Shown: piece after piece, positions 59,365 to 64,000 of the stretch
Position numbering within the stretch: the stretch's first letter is position 1
Layout of the letters: each line of letters opens with the position of its first letter
IMG/VR virus record: IMGVR_UViG_3300034351_000048
Span: 1-64,000 of that record
Length of the DNA: 64,000 nt
Origin: a virus
Direction: 5' to 3' (one strand)
The notes under the pieces: generated by a model
The model's input: only the letters and a program-made list of their open reading frames with translations
Databases searched by the model: none
Told to the model about the DNA's origin: nothing
Position numbers and translations under genes: made by a program

Positions 59365-60198
59365 ATGAGAGAATTTAATAGAAATGAGTTTGAATCTTTA
59401 GTAAAAATCCAAAACAATAATAAGTTACAAATAGATACTATAAATGCCCGTGATCTATGGGAATATTTGGAAGTGGATACTCGATTTAACGATTGGATAA
59501 AGAATCGTATTTATAAATATCAATTTGTTGAATCACACGATTATATATGCCTTACTAAAAAAAAAGAAACGCGTAGAAATGACGGTCAAAAAGGCTCTGC
59601 AGTCATTACTGAATACCATATTTCTATTAATATGGCAAAAGAGTTGTCTATGGTAGAAAACAGTAATCTTGGTAGGGCAGTAAGATTATATTATATAGAA
59701 TTAGAAAAAGAATTAAAAGAAATTAGAAATAATGATGATAGACAAACGGCTTTATGGGAAACAATAAGAGTAGAATCTAAAATAGAAAGAAAAGATTTTA
59801 CTGATTCTATACAATCTTTAGTAAATTATGCAATTGATATGGGTGCGAGTGATGGCGTTAAATGGTATTATAAGCACATTACAAGTGCTTTAAACAAAGC
59901 TCTTTTTAGAATAGAATCTTTACAAAAAGTTCATAAAAACCTAAGGGATGAAATAAGTTATATTCAATTAAGTCATATTATCACATTAGAAACTATCCTT
60001 AGAAATAGAATATTAGAAATGGTAAATATGGGGTTTGAATATAAGACAATATATGAGAATTTAAAGGAATTATGTATACAACAAGGAAAACTTATAGGCA
60101 AAGAAAAACCACGATATATTACAGAAAAAGAATACAAATCATGTATGAATAAAAAGGAATTAAAATTATATAGCAAAGATCAAAATTTATTATTTTAG
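59365..60198 (+). CDS. AntA/AntB-family antirepressor-like protein
   Basis: INARDLWEYLEVDTRFNDWIKNRI...EYHISINMAKELSMVE; paralogue of 8667..9467. Confidence 0.85.
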   Translation: MREFNRNEFESLVKIQNNNKLQIDTINARDLWEYLEVDTRFNDWIKNRIYKYQFVESHDYICLTKKKETRRNDGQKGSAVITEYHISINMAKELSMVENSNLGRAVRLYYIELEKELKEIRNNDDRQTALWETIRVESKIERKDFTDSIQSLVNYAIDMGASDGVKWYYKHITSALNKALFRIESLQKVHKNLRDEISYIQLSHIITLETILRNRILEMVNMGFEYKTIYENLKELCIQQGKLIGKEKPRYITEKEYKSCMNKKELKLYSKDQNLLF

Positions 60199-60207
60199 GA
60201 GGAATTT

Positions 60208-60456
60208 ATGAGTAAAATTGATAAGAACTCACAGGCTTATGAAATAGTAAAAAATTTTTTATATTATATTTTATATACTTTATTAAGTCCGATTATCATT
60301 ATTATACCTACTTTGATAACGTTCGTATTATATAATAATGTTATTCGTTATACTTTTAATTTAAAAAATTTGGCTTTTTTAGAAATTTGGAGTATATTTA
60401 TTATTATATATATTATTATCTTAAGTTTTGTAAAATTTATTAAAAAATTTAATTAG
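60208..60456 (+). CDS. small membrane protein
   Basis: Two hydrophobic stretches. Confidence 0.55.
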   Translation: MSKIDKNSQAYEIVKNFLYYILYTLLSPIIIIIPTLITFVLYNNVIRYTFNLKNLAFLEIWSIFIIIYIIILSFVKFIKKFN

Positions 60457-60467
60457 GATTTAAAATC

Positions 60468-60770
60468 TTGGATAAAAAAAAGTTTATAGAAGAATTTCAA
60501 TTATACTTAGCAATAAAAGGCGAAAGATATTCACACAGAAAATTAAAATTTATTGTAAGTTCTTTTTTTGAACTTATGGAAAAGGTTTTAATAGAAAATG
60601 AAGAGAACATAAAATTCAGTGAATTTGGCGTATTTAGTTCTTATATTAGAAAGCCGAGAGATTCATATGATCCTTATAATCGACAGAAAGTAAAAATTAA
60701 AATGTCTCGATATCCTAAATTTAAATTTTCTAAGAAATTACTTACAAGATTTAAAAAGAAAAGGATATGA
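60468..60770 (+). CDS. HU/IHF-family DNA-binding protein
   Basis: IKFSEFGVFS...RKPRDSYDPYNRQKVKI...PKFKFSKKL. Confidence 0.8.
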   Translation: MDKKKFIEEFQLYLAIKGERYSHRKLKFIVSSFFELMEKVLIENEENIKFSEFGVFSSYIRKPRDSYDPYNRQKVKIKMSRYPKFKFSKKLLTRFKKKRI

Positions 60771-60949
60771 TTATGGAACATCAAACATGTGCTTGTTGTG
60801 GGATTACCTTATATGATTCATCTAAGATTAGAACAATCTATTTACCAGATCATAACAAAGAAATATTATCGCTTGTATGTATAGATTGTTATAATAGATT
60901 GAAAAGTCAAAAGCATAAAACAGAGGAGATAAAAGATAATGAATGTTGA
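60767..60949 (+). CDS. small zinc-finger-like protein
   Basis: CACCG...VCIDCY. Confidence 0.55.
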   Translation: MIMEHQTCACCGITLYDSSKIRTIYLPDHNKEILSLVCIDCYNRLKSQKHKTEEIKDNEC

Positions 60950-61280
60950 TTTTAAATATTATACAGAAAGATCGTTAAGGACCTGTAATTATTATAACGA
61001 AATAAAAAAACATAATGACAACCCATATTTGATTGAGGAATTAGATTATAAACGTATGAATAATAATGCTATGGGTATAGGTGGAGAAAGTGGTGAAATA
61101 ATAGATATTTTAAAAAAACATTTACATCAAGGTAAAAATTTGGATAAAGAACATTTAAAAGAAGAGATTGGGGATTTGTTTTGGTATTTATCTAATTTAA
61201 TAAATCAAATGGGTTTTGATTTAAATGAAATTTTGGAAGAAAATATAAAAAAATTAGAGAATAGATACTTAAATTGTTGA
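60939..61280 (+). CDS. MazG-like nucleotide pyrophosphohydrolase
   Basis: GIGGESGEIIDILKK...EEIGDLFWYL...NIKKLENRY. Confidence 0.9.
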   Translation: MNVDFKYYTERSLRTCNYYNEIKKHNDNPYLIEELDYKRMNNNAMGIGGESGEIIDILKKHLHQGKNLDKEHLKEEIGDLFWYLSNLINQMGFDLNEILEENIKKLENRYLNC

Positions 61281-61305
61281 CTTTTTATAATTATTTTATT
61301 ACATT
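61277..61305 (+). promoter_or_regulatory. sigma70-type promoter
   Basis: TTGACT-N17-TACATT, TTGACTTTTTATAAT class. Confidence 0.6.
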
Positions 61306-61341
61306 TAATATATCCTTACTAAATTATAAAAAGAGGTTTTT

Positions 61342-62253
61342 ATGAAATATATAAAAAATGATTTACCTAAAATGAGTATAAAAGGTAATGATTATGTTAA
61401 GGTGCACGAAAGAATCTTATTTTTTAGAGAGAATTACCCAGAATTTTCGATATTAACAGAAATATTAAATATTATTAACTCAAGTGTAGTTATTAAAGCT
61501 TCTATACTTGATGAAAAAAGGGAAATTAGGTTTACAGGATTAGCTTGTGGTTCTTTTGGGAATGAAAAAGAATTAGAAAAAACAGAAAGTGTGGCGGTAG
61601 GAAGAGCATTAGCTAACGCGGGCATTGGGATTATTGACGGCATAGCAAGTGCGGATGAGATGGCAAATTATTACAATAAAGCTGAAAATAATAATACACA
61701 AGATAAATCAACTCAAAGAACTAATACTAATACACAATCTTCTAAAAAACAATATAATAAGGTTAATAATGATGAACAATGGTATCAAATAGAAGAAAAG
61801 AAAAAAGGCTTCTTATATAAAAACAAAGATACTTTAAAAAAAGAATACTTAATTAGATACGATATACACAAGTTAGGAAATAAAAAATGGTATGTAAGTG
61901 AATCCCAAAAAGACAGGTTATTAGGAGATTATATAGATTCAATATCGGTTTTAGATGCGGATACAAAAAACGATACACAAGCCGTAACTTCTAATACTGA
62001 AAGAACAGATTTGACACCTATATTTATAGAATTATCAGATGTAATAGCGGATTCAAAAGAGTTGGCTCAGAAGTGTAAAGATCTATATGAGGATCAATCA
62101 GAAATGGGAAAAACTTTTAGAAAACAGATTATAGGATTTACAGGTAAAGATTTAAAAACGGTTACAGAAAAAGACCTTAACGAAATGATAAATATGATAA
62201 AAATTGGAGAAGATGAGATAATCAATAATATCAATAGTTTAGTAGCATTTTAA
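61342..62253 (+). CDS. Rad52/Sak-like single-strand annealing protein
   Basis: YVKVHERILFFRENYP...EKTESVAVGRALANAGIG...IASADEM. Confidence 0.7.
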   Translation: MKYIKNDLPKMSIKGNDYVKVHERILFFRENYPEFSILTEILNIINSSVVIKASILDEKREIRFTGLACGSFGNEKELEKTESVAVGRALANAGIGIIDGIASADEMANYYNKAENNNTQDKSTQRTNTNTQSSKKQYNKVNNDEQWYQIEEKKKGFLYKNKDTLKKEYLIRYDIHKLGNKKWYVSESQKDRLLGDYIDSISVLDADTKNDTQAVTSNTERTDLTPIFIELSDVIADSKELAQKCKDLYEDQSEMGKTFRKQIIGFTGKDLKTVTEKDLNEMINMIKIGEDEIINNINSLVAF

Positions 62254-62262
62254 GGATTATAA

Positions 62263-63006
62263 ATGATTAAACAAAATGTTTTAGAAGCTTTGAACAAAGA
62301 ATATACCCTTATAGACTTATCCACTGATGTGGATAAGTCCCTTCTTTTTATTAATTATTTCAGCACATTTTTTCCTAATGTTGAAAGCACTTCATATATG
62401 GATGATAATAATGATAGGGTATTAATCTTATTATTGAAAAAATATGATTTTAAAATATTTAAAACATTTATGGAATTAACTTTTCTTTACGATAATTTTA
62501 AAAAATATGTAGTTCTATTTAGAAAGATGAAAAAAGGATTAATACCTATTTACAAAATGGATTTTTATGATATAGAAAAACATAGGTTATTTTATAGTAA
62601 TCTGTTATCATCACACCAAAGAAATACTACAAAAGCAGAATTAATTAAGTTGCATTTTGAAAACGATACACAAGTAGAAATTTTTGATACATATATTGAA
62701 AAGATAAAAAAAGAATATCAAGAAGTAATTTCAAAAGTATTTGATTACAATGTGTTTATGTATCATATAAATAAATATAGTATTATACCCATTGATGATT
62801 TTGATGAGAGTGATATAGATTTATATAATACCATGCATATATATAATATAGATACAAAAAAGATTGAGTATGAAAAATGTAAATTTTTATGTTTGAAAGG
62901 TAAAAAGATGTATGTGAAAAAAAATGGTAAAATGATACCTTATCACGAATTTTTGATTGATGAGAAACTAAAAATATTTGATTTTATAATTGGAGAAAAG
63001 AAATGA
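62263..63006 (+). CDS. hypothetical protein
   Basis: ORF track. Confidence 0.65.
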   Translation: MIKQNVLEALNKEYTLIDLSTDVDKSLLFINYFSTFFPNVESTSYMDDNNDRVLILLLKKYDFKIFKTFMELTFLYDNFKKYVVLFRKMKKGLIPIYKMDFYDIEKHRLFYSNLLSSHQRNTTKAELIKLHFENDTQVEIFDTYIEKIKKEYQEVISKVFDYNVFMYHINKYSIIPIDDFDESDIDLYNTMHIYNIDTKKIEYEKCKFLCLKGKKMYVKKNGKMIPYHEFLIDEKLKIFDFIIGEKK

Positions 63007-63512
63007 GAGTTTTGGCAGTTGACCCATCTATATTAGATTTAGGCATAGTAGTTATAAATGATCTAAACGATAGATTAAATATAATGGATACAAGACATGT
63101 AAATTTTAAACCTTCCACTAAAAAAAACTTAAAAACTGTAAAGAAACCGATGTTACAAAGATTTAAAGAATATTCAGATGTGGTTTTAGAATATATAGAT
63201 AAATATACCCCCGACTATATATGTATAGAAATGCCTTTTGTAAGAGTATCACAAAGAAGTCTTATTCTTTTAGTAAAATTTATAGGATATTTACTAAAAT
63301 GTTTTATGCTTAAAGTAGATGAGGCTCATATAATAGAGATAGACCCACAAGAGGTTAAAGGATTTATTACGGGTAATAGGCGTGGATCAAAAGAGGAAAT
63401 AAGGGATTTAATGGGTAAGTATTTCAGAGTAGATATGAGTGAACTTACATTAGATCAAAGTGATGCTATTGCTATAGCTTATACATGCTATTTTACAAAA
63501 ATCAATTCTTAA
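63003..63512 (+). CDS. ruvC: RuvC-family Holliday junction resolvase
   Basis: VLAVDPS, ICIE, PQEVKGFITGNRRGSKEEI, DQSDAIAIA. Confidence 0.9.
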   Translation: MRVLAVDPSILDLGIVVINDLNDRLNIMDTRHVNFKPSTKKNLKTVKKPMLQRFKEYSDVVLEYIDKYTPDYICIEMPFVRVSQRSLILLVKFIGYLLKCFMLKVDEAHIIEIDPQEVKGFITGNRRGSKEEIRDLMGKYFRVDMSELTLDQSDAIAIAYTCYFTKINS

Positions 63513-63531
63513 AATTTAATAGGAAAAATAT

Positions 63532-63858
63532 ATGGAAGAAAAATTTAATTTAATTAAAGTTTCTTTAAATAACTATGATTTTTTGTTATTTATAACTGAA
63601 GTAATGACAGATATTACATTACACCGTATAGAGAATGAAAATAAGGGTTATGGGCTAAATAATTCGGATTTGGATTTTTGTTATAATTGTATAGAATATT
63701 CTAAAAATAAGATTTTATCAAACAAACAGAAAGCTATGTTAGAAAAGATAATGTATAAATACAGAAAACAACTTTTAGGAATAATTTTTCAGAATCAATT
63801 TTATGTAAATGAATTAAATAAATCTATAAAAAAGGAAGTGGCTAATGAAATTCTTTGA
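63532..63858 (+). CDS. hypothetical protein
   Basis: ORF track. Confidence 0.6.
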   Translation: MEEKFNLIKVSLNNYDFLLFITEVMTDITLHRIENENKGYGLNNSDLDFCYNCIEYSKNKILSNKQKAMLEKIMYKYRKQLLGIIFQNQFYVNELNKSIKKEVANEIL

Positions 63859-64000
63859 TATTGATGATAAAAGATTTTTGATAAAAGATACTATAAGAAA
63901 TAGAAAGACAATAAATATTAATTTGGAAAATGGAAACGGATATCATGAATGTAAGTTCTCATATGAATTTGATAAGATAGAACATGCTGAATATATAGAA
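63845..64000 (+). CDS. hypothetical protein, 3'-truncated by window
   Basis: ATG at 63845 (MKFFDIDDKRF...) open to the window end. Confidence 0.5.
   Translation, partial: MKFFDIDDKRFLIKDTIRNRKTININLENGNGYHECKFSYEFDKIEHAEYIE

Noticed and set aside
7133-61643. Track ORFs antisense to well-supported genes (e.g. 7133, 12153, 12789, 19195, 22244, 23159, 29795, 35763, 41641, 43127, 47379, 51716, 61434)
   Set aside because: Shadow frames with no RBS and no recognisable motifs
1-64000. Stop-codon reassignment
   Set aside because: Core genes are full length in the standard code, TAA, TAG and TGA all end genes, and the only tRNA is Leu(TAA anticodon), not a suppressor

Overview
Very AT-rich (roughly 25% GC by eye) segment of a tailed dsDNA bacteriophage with a contractile (myovirus-type) tail, read in the standard genetic code. 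Layout: (1) 1-19.6 kb, accessory/early region of short ORFs on both strands (KilA-N, ClpP-like protease, DenV-like glycosylase, AntA, thymidylate kinase, beta clamp, ankyrin, ORF6N-ANT, sigma-4-like HTH); (2) 19.7-48.2 kb, morphogenesis module (TerL, portal, XkdF-like protease, major capsid, head decoration/fibre proteins, sheath, two tube paralogues, tail chaperone with -1 frameshift, tape measure, baseplate, beta-helix tail spike); (3) 48.2-51.7 kb, atypical putative lysis module of membrane-anchored cysteine-peptidase-fold proteins; (4) 52-64 kb, tRNA-Leu, PD-(D/E)XK nuclease, more antirepressor-like genes, replication initiator with iterons, DnaB, HU, MazG-like, Sak-like recombinase and RuvC. 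Two non-coding signals stand out. First, four sequence-divergent but structurally identical 5' leaders in front of antirepressor-like genes, each with a long hairpin, its own 7-nt loop/target complementary pair, a small hairpin and an alternative RBS-sequestering helix (candidate new RNA switch family). Second, six copies of a 27-bp inverted repeat (10-bp arms, 7-bp spacer) sitting at gene-end/RBS junctions in the accessory region (candidate cassette-boundary, recombination or RNA-processing site). All family assignments come from recognising motifs by eye; no database searches were run.
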